From Lingula anatina (taxonomy: Eukaryota; Animalia; Brachiopoda), in the NCBI GenBank assembly GCA_051362555.1, contig CM120640.1, forward strand, positions 22,072,001-22,136,000: a stretch of 64,000 nt of DNA. The letters run 5' to 3'. The position numbers were made by a program, and so were the translations under genes. Below the pieces are notes generated by a model. It did not search any database, had not been told where the DNA came from, and saw only the letters and a list, made by a program, of their open reading frames with translations. Position 1 is the stretch's first letter, and every line of letters starts with the position of its first letter. Shown here piece after piece: positions 11,374 to 24,555 of this stretch.

Positions 11374-14300
11374 ATGGCGCTAGTGTGTGCAAGTAAGTTA
11401 TTTTCCGTTATTTTCTTGTTTTCATCAAATCAAGCTGATAATTGGTCATTTTAGTACGTTTTAAACAAATTGCATACTCTTACTTAGGCCAACAGCACGT
11501 GTTTAGTAATTTTGTTCATTAACATGCATTACTTTCCAGTACAGAAGTCTTTGTTGTGTGACCGGTTAAAGTCGCATGTGTTTCCATTACTCATTCGATG
11601 TAGCATTGTCAATGACAATGTCAGTACTACAGCTACAAATACTGTACGTGTGTCTGCCACTGAAAAAAAATTATCAACTTATCAAATTTGAGAGATAATG
11701 TTGACCCTGCTACTTTCATGATATCATTTTTGTGTTAAAAAATTGAACTTGAAATTTGCGTATCTCTTTATTCTCAACAGTCATACAAAATGTGCATCTA
11801 GTTGTGTTGTATTGTGTTTTATTGCGCATTTTATTATGATCCCATCTTCTTTACGAACAGTAACAACCCAAACATTGAAAAGCAATAAAGTACTTTTATC
11901 ATGTCATCATATTTGTCTGGTAGTTTCAACAAATATTTTTCCTTGTCCTAAATCCTTTTTCGACCTTTCTGTTTCTGTTACTATGAATGGTCTAATAGAG
12001 TGTAATATGAAGATCTCTCTTCTGTTTCTTGTTGTTTTATTTTCTGCTTTCATTGGCTGTGTTTTACGGGCCTATTCCTTTTCATCTGATGTGTTAGCAG
12101 TGCTGATCATCTTGCTCCTTGTTTCTGGGCTTTTTAAAGCACTGTTTATATATAAAGCATTGCATTGGTAAATATATATTTAAATTTAGGACTTTCATTA
12201 TACCTTCCCAAATGTTACCATTTCTTATATATTTTCAGTTAGTAATGAGGTTCCAGAACACCCAGTTGTGTCTCCAGTCTCTGGATGTATCTATGAGAGG
12301 AGGCTGATAGAAAAATACATTCATGAAAATGGTGTGGACCCAATGACTGAACAGAAGCTTACTGTGGACATGCTGATTGACATGAAAAGTGAGTATGCTC
12401 TGCCATGACAATTTACAGCACAGATGCACATAAATAAAATGGTGGACAATAAATTGCATTTGGCAAATTATTAAGATGGTTCAGTTTATAAGGTTTGTGT
12501 GTGCAAAATTCTAATTTGGGCAGTTGAAGATACAAAATACAAAATTTAATATCTATTTTAGTCATATCATTTTTTTTTTTTTTCAAATTATTTTCAGCAT
12601 CTCCTTTGGTCAAACCAAGACCACCTTCAGCAACAAGTATCCCTGCTATCCTTAAAGCACTTCAGGATGAATGGGTATGGCTGTTATCTAATGAGAATGC
12701 ACAACTAGTTTATCATTTTAATACAAATTTGTCCATTTTGTATGGGTATATTTGGGATAAGTGTCTATTAGAGACAATTGCCTTTGAAATATCTGGCCTT
12801 CTTTTTTGAATTATACATTTAGTGTCCTTTTCTCAAGTCAGAATTTTTTTCATTCTCTACAAGTCCAATTTCTGACTGGTTAACACCCTTCAGATTTTCA
12901 CTAGAATGTATTCTGAATTCATTAAATGTACACAAACATTATATAGTAATGTACTCACTGTGCTGCCCAAGTTACATTTTACACTTTTTCCAGGATGCTA
13001 CAATGCTGCACAGTTTTACATTGCGCCAACAACTACAAACAGCCAGACAAGGTAGGTTCTGATGTCGGGTCACTGATTGTACCAACAGTTGGGGGATAGT
13101 CAAAAAGGTTTCATTTATGCTAGATCCTGAAATTTGATTTACCTTTTGACTGTTTCGTCTGTTCACTCTGAGAGACTTGGTCACGTGACCAAGTCTGTCA
13201 GAGTGAACAGACGAAACAGTCAACAGGTAAATCAAATTTCAGGATTTAGCATAAATGAAACCTTTTTGACTATCAAAACTAAGATCCAATGAAACTATTT
13301 TCACAGTTGGGGGATGTTCTGCATTTGCAAAAAAAAAAGGGGGGGGTTCCTTGCACAAATTTAAAGCACACATATTGAGCTACTTTTAAGCATGTACACT
13401 GTGTAACACACGTAAACATACTTATTCTGGATGTGACCAATGTCATTTTGAACATATAGTTTAATGTGATATGAAATTGGGTATTTAACTTTTTTGCTTG
13501 ATTTTATTTTAACCCTAGGTACATTTTGATTTTCAGAAAATTCAGTAAAAAATTTTTGAAGTTTGAAATGGTTTGATGGTATTGTTTTAAATTATCTGAT
13601 TATTTCAGAGTTGTCTCACGCTTTGTATCAGCACGATGCAGCTTGCCGTGTCATAGCAAGGTTAACTAAGGAAGTGACAGCAGCCAGAGAGGGTGAGTTT
13701 CAACTGCAATCCTGGTTGTTGAATATATAATAACATCTGTTAAAGCATATGTTGTAATTACTTTCATAGAAGACGTTGTAAAAGTTTTAGTTGTGGTAGT
13801 TGAGATTCTGATAACAACATAGATCTGATTGACGGTGTAAATATTCAGACTTTGCTTTGATATAATATTTTTTTGTTGTTGTATGGGCGATTAGAAGTAT
13901 GAAGCACCTGTATTGGGACTAAGTGTTTTTCTATTGCTGATGTATGTATCTTAATATTTTCATAGCTTTGGCCACACTGAAGCCCCAAGCTGGTATTGCT
14001 GCCCCAGGTTATTTGCCTCATCCTGTAAGTATGCAGTTTAGTACTATTAGTGCTGCAGTGATAATATACTATCTGCTAATATTTATTGCTTCAGGTGTTT
14101 TCAAGGGTTGCTGTTGTGAATACTATGTCAGAATGTCTTGTTACACTGGCCACATTTATGCATCAATTCCTGAGACACATGTATATCAGGTTAACTTGTT
14201 TGCGCTAATGTTTATTTCAAGCTTTTTAGTCCAAATTGAAGTGGGAAATGAAACTTAAAGGGTAACCTAACTGGTGTGCCTCATTCTTGTAGCTTTCATT

Positions 14301-17300
14301 ACAGTCCCTAGTGTTTAAGCATAGTCTTAGATACAAGTAACTGACACAACCCTGACTACAAGTTGCTGACACAGTCCTTGCTGTTAGAAGGGCACATTTG
14401 TTTATGTTTACAAAAAATGTTTCCTGATATTTCAAAGCTTTTAAATTTTTTTTCTCAATCCCAGACATATGGAGCAGAGGCTGGTCCAGAAAGGGCTGAG
14501 GCACCCATGGAGGAGGCAGGCATGACTGAAGAAGTCTTACAGAAGGTAGGCATCTCACCCCATGTAACCTGTCTAATAATAAAGTTTCAGCATTGCTTTT
14601 AACATTTTGTTTGTAAACAAAATATCAGCACTAATATTAATGCATACAAACTGGAGTTAAAAGATGGGTTATGAATGTTTTAACTGATGCCAAATACCAA
14701 TAGTTTGTAGTTTTTGTGAGATTTTTACAGCCCAAAATTGTAGACCTTGAAATATGCTCAAAAGTAATTATTTTAAAATGTTGTATTGTTTCAGCTGCAA
14801 GACAAAGCAACACTGTTGACTGCAGAGCGTAAGAAGGTAAGTTGTAGAGTTGGCAAAAAAGTATTCTTGTTGGTAACATTTCTAATAACCAGCTGTAACC
14901 CATAAAACAATGGTAAATTAAAACAATAGATCTGAAAAGCAGGATCTGGGAGGATATATGCTTTAATCTTCAGTAATTTTCCTCATTTAAAACTTTGTTA
15001 CTGACAATTCCAGCGAGGAAAGACCGTTCCAGAGGGCTTGGCAACCGTCGATGATATCAGGAACTACAGGCAGCAGGCTTCCCATGTGGTAAGTGATTGG
15101 TACAATAAGGAAAATGCTAAGCACAAAGGAGTCAATATTCAAAGTATATAGATTTGATTTGGCAGTTGATAATTGTTACAGCTCCTCGCCATTTTAAGTT
15201 TTAAAGAAACCTAAAACATGGCCCCCCGATACTTTGGATATTTATGTAACCTGTGATCACCATTTCAATTTCTGTAGGGTCTGCATAGTGCCAGTATTCC
15301 AGGCATCCTGGCAATGGATATCTGTCTGAGGGATACATCTAGAGTGGTGACAGGTAAGACATTAAATGAAAAGTTGCTTACTGACTGTTATGAACTAATT
15401 AGGAAAAAGAGGTACAGAAACATGTATTTGGATAAGGAACATGCGATGTGTTCACGTGTTTGTGTATGTCTGTCTCTAGGTGGTAATGACAAGAATGCTG
15501 TAGTTTTCAACAAGGACACTGAGCAGGTGATGGCTATATTGAAGGGACATACCAAGAAAGTGACCAGTGTCATCTACCATCCCACAGAGGTATGTCCAGT
15601 ATATTGTTAAAATGTTCATATTCCACTCTATCCAGTTAATGTTAGCCAGAAGGTCCAAAGAGGCTTAAGATCTGAAGCAACACATTTTAAATAGTATGGC
15701 CAGAGATAGTGATACACTATTTACTCTAAGTCTTTGGTCATGAATATGGACAAGGACAGTATCTTTAATGTCTCATTTCAGTATTGCAACAGTCCCATTA
15801 AACTGCTCTTGGAACTGAAAGTTATATCTGGCCTAGCTTATGTCTTTAACTTAGCCATATTTATGTTACTTTAGGAGCTGGTATTCAGTGCCTCTCCTGA
15901 CCATAGTATTCGTGTGTGGGGAATCCAGACAGCACAGTGTGCACAGCTTGTGCGTGCTCATGAGGGCCCAGTGAGCGGTATCAGCTTGCATGCTACAGGA
16001 GACTACCTGCTCAGCTGTTCCACTGACACCGTGAGTTGACAGTTGTACAGTAGATTGTATAGTAAACCCTTAAGCTTAAAATCCAGAAAAACTTGATTAA
16101 CATTGATTATTTGAAAATCATGAAGTTTGATTTAACTTTGTTTTAGTTGCACATCATTTTCATAATTAACATATTAAATAGCTTGTACATAATATTATAC
16201 AATTTAAGAAGTGTTATTGATCTGTTTCAGAACTGGGCGTTTTCAGATGTTCGTACTGGAAGAGTGTTGACTAAAGTATCAGATGGTGCTGGAGGAGGTA
16301 CTTACTTAAAACCTTTTTTTCAGAAGTTTTCAAGCAGTAATATAGCACAAATATAAATTGAAGATAAATTACAAATTACTGTTAATGAATTACAACCAGG
16401 AGAAAATATCTCAACCTAAAACATCTCTCCAAAGAGAATGGAAATTCATATTTATCAATTTAATTATTTGCTTACATGAGGCATTTGGGTATTCACTTTA
16501 TTATGAATACAAACTTTCCCTGTTTCAGCTTTGACCTGTGCCCAGTTTCATCCTGATGGTCTCATCTTTGGCACCGGAACAGAGGACTCCATGATTAAAA
16601 TTTGGGACTTGAAAGAGAGGGCCAATGTGGCCAATTTCCCAGGGCATTCTGGGCCCATCACTAGTATTTCTTTCTCAGAAAACGGTGAGTACAGAGAAAA
16701 CTGTTATTGCAATTTATATGGTTTTGTTTTTAATAACTGTGGAAAATTGTGGAATGTGTTTGACCAAATTTTGTTTTATAATGGAATGACATTTGTCAAC
16801 ATGCTTGTAATGTTACATGATTTCAACATGCTATATTAACCAGTTCACAAAGACTAGCTTTAAATTGCTGAAATTGCAGCCAGCTGCATAAGTATGATCA
16901 AATTCTTGCTCTGGTGTTTTGACACAAATGTCATAATGAATTGTTTATTTCAGGTTACTACTTGGCTACTTCAGCAGATGATTCTGTTGTGAAACTTTGG
17001 GATTTGCGTAAACTGAAGAATTTCAAGACCTTAACTCTGGATGACAACTATGAGGTAATGTATTGGTCTGCTGTTGAAACACTTCTGTCATGTGTACACC
17101 GTTTTAGAAATTATAAACGTTATTTGTTAAATTTTACATCACTTTTAATACATTAAATGGAACTTCCCCTAGAAAGTCCATTTTAAATAAATTTATGGTA
17201 AAAGTAGCATGTTATATTTTGATTTTATTTATTTAACCATTATATTTGCTGATAACTTCAGGTGAAGAGTTTGTGCTTTGACCAGAGTGGAACCTACCTG

Positions 17301-17684
17301 ACTGTTGCTGGAACAGATGTCAGGTAAGAATATACATCATGGTATTGTAGTTGGCTCTGAATTATAGTTTGTTTCAACCCATGATTATTGCTAATTTCAG
17401 AAAAACCCATTTAGTGACACACAAGAAGTTGCTTTTTAAAGACACAACATGATACACTGGTTTACCTTAAAATTCTAATAAGCTTTTGCTTTATTATTAT
17501 TATTATTTGATAACAATTAACATCAGTGCAACTTTCTTTCAGGGTTTACCTGTGCAAGCAGTGGCAGGAGCTGAAAGTGTTCAATGACCACACGGCTCTG
17601 GCCACCAGTGTCCGCTTTGGACACAATGCTTCATTTGTGGTGTCTGCCAGCATGGATAGGTCACTCAAGTTCTTCAGCATGTAA
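11374..17684 (+). CDS. PRPF19: Pre-mRNA processing factor 19 (U-box, coiled coil, WD40), ~17 exons
   Basis: Exons read [117 protein letters not shown] and [26 protein letters not shown]. The CDS ends [11 protein letters not shown] at 17684. Confidence 0.97.
13095..13274. repeat. 180-bp loopless near-perfect palindrome in PRPF19 intron 4; possible foldback/MITE-like insertion
   Basis: The arms 13095-13184 and 13185-13274 are reverse complements with 3 mismatched pairs, centred on TTGGTCACGTGACCAA. The 13-bp direct repeat ACAGTTGGGGGAT occurs at 13085-13097 and 13303-13315. Confidence 0.9.
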
Positions 17685-20023
17685 CCTCCACTGTGTCTGT
17701 ACAGGGGAATATGGCTTGGGTTTAAAGGCAGGAGAAACCTTGAGACATTATAAATTTATGACGATGTTGAAAATTGTTTTAACTGTGACTCTTTCACTTT
17801 GTTTTAAAATTTAGTTATGCTATTCTATTTAAAAAATTCATTGAAAGGAACATCATGTATATATAACTACATATTGAATCGTGTTTATAAGAAAAATGTT
17901 TGTTGATATATCCTGACTGAAGATAGCAATCTCAGAAGGCCTACAAGAAGAGAGTACATTTGTTGAAATTATGAACTGTCATTGTAACTAAATCCATTGT
18001 AGCCCAAAAATATAATTTTTACTTTTTCTGTTGTCCTTAATGAGTAGTTTTTTTTTCTTTTTTTAATATTATTTCTTTCTATATAATGAATAAGTTTTCA
18101 GACATTTAGTAAGCACAGTGCTTCACGGAATATATTATGAAATCTTAACTGTACTACTACCTTAAAAGTACATCAGCCTAATATTTGACATAATAAATTG
18201 ATTGCCAGTTGGGTAGGCGTACATCAGATTTGGAATTTTCCGGACAGAAAAACAGATAAAGGCTGAAGAAGTCACTTTGTTTTACAGTTGATAGAAATAA
18301 ATATTTTTCATTTTATTATATTCAAGTGTTTTGACTTGTTATTAATTCACTGTACCACTCTGTAAGCACTTGGGTGACAGTTGACTTAATAGACTTCATT
18401 TTAAAATGGAAATGTTTAGTTTAAAATGTGAAATATCCAGCAGAAACAAGTAAGTGCAGATAAGTTTGAAGTCTATTCTCAGACTTCAATATTTTTGGGT
18501 CAACTTGCTTTGTATTTGCATGGCAAACCTAAAGTGGTTATTTTAAATGTTATCATCTAAATGCTAAAACTCCACACACCTTGCCAGATACTTTTCTGTA
18601 GAAAAGGTGATGTGTTTCATCAACTAAAACTGAAACTTCAAATATCAATTAAGCCTTGGGAGGTTTGGAAATTTTTGTTTAAAATTCATGGACTCTTCTA
18701 AGATGTTCTGCGCTTAAAGGTAAATTTAGTAATAAATATACAGCTAGTAAGGCTATACAGTTGAAAAATGGCCATTACATATTAAAGTCATCAGAATGCA
18801 CAATCAATTATGTAACACAGAATTACGCACATTCATTCTCAACAAAAACGTTTCAACCTATCAGCCACTAATATAGCATCCTGGCCATTATCATTGTCCT
18901 GATATTTCTATGGTTTCATAATTTCATTTATGAAGTTGTGAGCTGCCTTGTGAAGTGGGGGTGGAATCAAAATTGTAAATCACATGTTAAACACAAAATG
19001 CTGCTGCTACAAATTCAGCAGGATTGTTATGAAATTAAATCTGAGCAAGATGATAAAATGTTCATAGAAACTAAAAGGCAAATACAGACAGCAGAGATAA
19101 TATTTATTTATAATCAAAAAAAAATTTCAATAGTCATTATAAGTAATGTAAACTGCTTGCTAGATTTATCATGTGTATAAGAGCGAGTCTCCACGATAAG
19201 CAACATCATTTGCAAACCCTCACAAATATTAAAATTTTCACAAAATCATGAGCTTAGCTTGGACTATTGAAATTGAAAATCAACTCTACAAGAGCATGTG
19301 ACCCTTAATAAATAGTTGAAATACATATTTCTGTCACCACTGAGAGTAAAAATCCATGTCAAAACAATCGTAATTTACTCTAAGGTTCCTTACTTAAATT
19401 TCAGTACAATTGTGAAACAGGCCCCACACATAATCCCAACTTTTACAGATCCAAATCTCTATCCTCATTTTATCTTAATGTTTTAAAAGTATGACATAAC
19501 GGAAATGCCTACAATTGTGTACACATATTTCAGTACTTTAATAGGTGTTTGGGTGCCAAAGGAAACAGTTAACAACTTATGTGTTTACAATAAAGAAAAT
19601 ATTCAACTAACATAATAAAATAAAACAAAAAAAAATCAAAATCATTTGTTATGAGCTAGCAGCATTGAGTGCATTATTTCTGTTGCTGCCTTGATAAATA
19701 TTCAAACTTTGGCATCATTGGTATGCAGGACTTCACACAGAAGAGTTGGAAAGAAAAACATTTCTCAGACAAAAAAAAAGCAAACTTGCTAGGTTTGTGC
19801 ACTGTCACATTCGTCAACTTACAGTAGAAAGTACATTGCAACAAATAAATAATGTGTATTATTGTTTACATGATTGTTCAGCAACTAACTTTCTTCAAAT
19901 GAAATACAAGAGATGTGATTTTTTATGTTTTTATAAGAACCAAAATAAAGTATACATATAAATATACATAATTATAATACATATATTCTGCCACTTAGGT
20001 TCATTGTCAAATTATTCTGATGT

Positions 20024-23000
20024 CTACTTAATTGGAACTCCCTTTAGTGACTTGCACTTCACAGGCCCTAGTTCTGTCATTAGTAAACTGCTTTGCCACT
20101 CCCCTATACACTCCTGATTGACCCTCATGTCCGCCTGGAAAACCACAAAATTGTAAAGTTTTTAAAGTTAAAACTATAGTAAAGCCTTTTCAGAAAGAGA
20201 GGGAGAAAGAAAGGCATCATACAGAAATCGATCATACTTTCATGTTTAGCATCGATCATTTATATATGAGGAAAAGTACACCTTGAGGAGAAAGTGCATA
20301 TTTATCAATTTTATAGCAAAAAAAATTGAATGTCAATTAAAGACAAAGAAAGAGGGTGGATTACAAGAAATACAGTAATTTCAATAACCTGTAGCTTCTC
20401 CCAGATTTTCTTCTTGGGTTTAAGTTCCTCGTCAGGTTTACCAGATTTGTGCTCCTCAAAGAACACCCTGTTTCCTGGCACATCATTGCTTGAAGGATCT
20501 AAAGGCTCAACTACCTTGCTGTCTCCACTGCAAGAAAATACATTTATATATACACTATCAACATGACAATTCTCAAAAAGATGACACAGTTTCATGTATT
20601 GTAGAAGCAAATAAAAAACATAAAGATGAGTAGAATATAGACAAATGATAACCTGCTCACAATGTAAGGACATCACAAGCAGAAGGCCAAAGCATTATTA
20701 CAAAGTTCAGGATGTTGGAGAAATCGGAAACTTTTTCATCATATGCTTCATTACTTTTGACCTTAACAGTAATGCCTGGCTAGTTTAAACCATAAAATTG
20801 ACCAATGTTACATTCCTAGATAAGAAAAAACTACCAGTGAAAAGTCCATGTTTAACAGATGTTTGCAGATACCTTGACATAAGTACTCTAGAGCTTTATC
20901 TGGATGTTTTTTTTCTCTTTTTCTTTTTTTTTTTAAATTCTAGAGCACTACCCAATCAGCACTTACACTGTTTTTGATGCACACATCAGCATGGCCTGAG
21001 ACTCCACACCTCTCATCTTCACTGGCTTGAGGTTACACAAGAACACCCCTAGCCTGCCTTGTAGTTCTTCCATTGGTACTAAACCAGCCAGCCCACTCAC
21101 TACAGTCCTGGGCTTGTCTTCACCCACATCAACAGTCTGCACATACAGGGACTCTGCATCAGGGTGCTGAAAATAGTAAGAGGGCGTGCCATTAATACAA
21201 GTCCTTAGTATTTTTTATTAAAATTTAATAAAAGACATGTAACCACTCTCCTTACTGATATTAATTGATGTCATACAGAAAAGAGCAGATATTTCAACTG
21301 ACCATCATCTGTGAGTGTATTTAAGGATGACTGACTAAAAAGGTCCATTTACATCAACAATCACTTTATATAAGAATACCAGTGTGTGACATGTTTCAGA
21401 CAGTTGGAAAAGTAATGGTCTGCTGAGAATTTTTTTTTTTTTCATTTTTCAATAAAACCATTTTCCAGAGAACTAATTTGGAACATTGTAAGTGAAGCAT
21501 TACTATAATTTTATTTTGCCAAATTAATTATTTCAACAATTTGTTTCAATATTTTAAAAAGCATATTGAGTATGGAAGCACATAGTAGAAAATTAATTCT
21601 AACAGACAAACTCTAAACCAATCCCAACAAAAAAGAAACAAAAAAGGATAATACTTGAAACCTGACTAAACTTCTGTAAAAGATCAAAACTTTTTTCAAC
21701 TAAGAGCTCTAGTTTGACTCAACTGACAATCTGCCCTTAATAAGTCAACATTTTTTTTATTCAGAATACAAGCACAGCTTTTTCACTTAACATCTGTTTT
21801 TGCATCCCAAAAGTAACAAATCACTTGACCTGAAATAAGTTGCAAATTTCAGGCTAATCTGCCTCTGCAATCATCAGACAGCAACTGCCAAACCCATTTT
21901 AGTATTTAGGTTTCAAGTGGTTAGGATGGCTGCTGTCACTTCAGGTACTGCTTGGGTTGACTTAAGGAGCTAAACATCCTTCGTGGGGGTTACTACACTA
22001 ATTGGAGCATTAATTAGACCAGCAAAGGAATTCACACAAGTTGCATATTCTGTGTAGTTGTAAAAGGAAACCAGTTGTCCTCAAGAGGCACTTGTCTGAA
22101 ATGCATGCATCCACACGACTCGTGCGTGGGTATGCATGTCTCTAAGCATGTGTGTGAACTGCTGGTCTGTACTTTCCCTATTAAGTGATGTTTACAGAGG
22201 AAGGGGATGTGAGAGCCAAAATATCACCACAGATGGATGACAGGGAAAGGTGTTTTATTGCTCACGGGCATAAGATCTTGTCAACAGCAGATGCAAGAAA
22301 TAAGAGTTTTTTATGATAGAACCTAGTGCTGAAAATTAATTATCACTGGCGCCTTCACCGATCCATTTGCTACGGTGATAAGTCATCCACAGCACATTAA
22401 AAAAAGCTATTCCTCATAAATTCTGAAAAAATATACTTATAACATTTCCCAATATCAGAAAAACTACTTCTGATAATGTAAAAAAAAACAAAAAAAACTT
22501 TGAATGAGGATGGGGAAAATAAGTGTTTTGTTCAATAATAATTATAATAATAATGAACCACATTATTGCACGTTCATTAAAATGTAAATGTATTATAATT
22601 TGTTATAGTCATCCAGATCTCTTTTCAAGTGATCTCACTGTAAAGATAAGATCAAATGGCATTATTTTCTTCATTTCAGAGGGAAAAAAATTAGCAAGTT
22701 GGATCATTAGGCGTAGCCTGAAAGCATATATATTGGTATAATTAATTATGAAACTCTTTTTAAGAAATATCAATAGTGAGTTAAATTATTTACTAAACTG
22801 ACAAATTTTCAATTACCAATGTCTTTGTTTCTTTGCAGCTTATATGGCCCCATCTTTTCATACTACTTTAATTTTGTTCAGCTTCTAAGACAATTATCAA
22901 GACTTGTAACGAAAATTTGATCTCAATTTTTTTTCAAAAGAACTTCAGTGTTTTTCTTTAAAACACAGGCCAAATATTCAAACCTTATAGATTAAGTCTG

Positions 23001-24521
23001 ATGAATGAAAAGAAAAAAGTGTAAAATTGTATTCACGCTAAGATGCAACGTATATTAACTCTGAAACTTCAGTAAAATTATTTCATATCAAAACTAATTA
23101 CTACTTTCAATACCTATTTAATCAAGAAAAAATGCCACAAAAATGCCCCCCAGTGCACAGGAAAAACCTTTCCAATTAAACAGTGCACTTTCACTGCTGG
23201 TACGAATCTGTCCAACAAAGAGGGAGTTAATGCAATTAAAGATGAAAAAAATCTTGCACAAGTATTTAACTCTAAATTCAACTCCAGTTATGTTTAGCTA
23301 TAAAATTAGCTATAAAATCTAAGATTAGCAAAACAAACAAAAAAAAGACACATGAATGGCCCTCGTCCATGCCTTTCACATCACCAATACCCTCAGGAAA
23401 GGACAGAAGTTCACGCTGAAAGAAACTATACTACCTGTGCCAACACTGTTAAGTTTGGCAGCAAGTGTCACAAACAAGTCCAGCCCTAACATACACCACT
23501 ATTGGGTATCAAACTGCCATTCACTGACAATTCAACAATTCACTTTAAGATGGGTAAATATTGGGACCAGGCAGTGGCAGAGTTTGACAGTTTCAAGCCA
23601 TCAAGTTTATTTTTTTTATATAAATCAGAATCAAATTTCTTGATATAAGTAATCATTCAAATTCAGTGAGAATTTACCATACCCTATATTTTAGCCATTG
23701 CACAATGTGACATCTATTTGTTTTTGGTAAATATGCACTGAAATTCAAATCTCAAGGCATTAGGTTCACAAAAGAATTTCTACTTGTGACTTGAATAAGA
23801 ACAACCAAAGTTGTCCCCAGCAGCTGTTGTTGTTGAATATGCTGCCAAATGACACAGCTTGTAATCATAGACAACTCATACAAAGTCCCAGGCAGACATG
23901 GAACTGATCAGACTCTGCCTTGGGGCTCAACACAGTTCTAAACATGTTTAGACCCTTGCTGACTCCAAATGCTACAGTTGATACGGTCTGATTTAATGTC
24001 GAACATGGGTTTCCTGGGGTTAAACCTAATTGCTCAATTTACCAAATGACTTTTCCTAATAATGCTACACCCAAGGCTGATAAAAACAAACTAATAAGAA
24101 AATTTCCATCAAATGTATTGGTCTAGGATTGTTTTTTGTATGAAATAAATGATTGGTGGCATAAAAAACCTTAATATGTGGCTTTGATAGCAGTGTCTGC
24201 CTTACAACAAACTAAAAATACAGCAGGAGACTTGTTAAATGGACGGCATGGAGAGTAAATTGTGAACAGGAATGTGCTAACATAGCATCTTTACTATAAC
24301 TGCTATAATTGTTATATGAAAACTGTTGGAAATTCTCTGTGATCTCCTATGCCATACGGTTTCTGTTAGCAGAGTCATTGAGGAGATGCCGAGGTTTGAC
24401 AACTGTCTTATTAATTTCTGAGGGTGTTGAATGGTTCAGTTACCAAACAGAGGCATTTGCTTCCTCTCACATGATAAGGACACATCTCATTTGTCATTAA
24501 ATTCACCTAAGCCCATTTCAC

Positions 24522-24555
<34 letters not shown>

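Noticed and set aside
14270-14400. Possible H/ACA snoRNA in a PRPF19 intron (ATACAA ... ACA)
   Set aside because: I could not fold convincing hairpins by eye, and the boxes are too short to be informative. snoReport or cmscan would be needed.
22100-22140. Short imperfect hairpin in the YARS1 intron (miRNA-like)
   Set aside because: The stem is short and bulged with almost no loop, and it resembles no miRNA I recognise.
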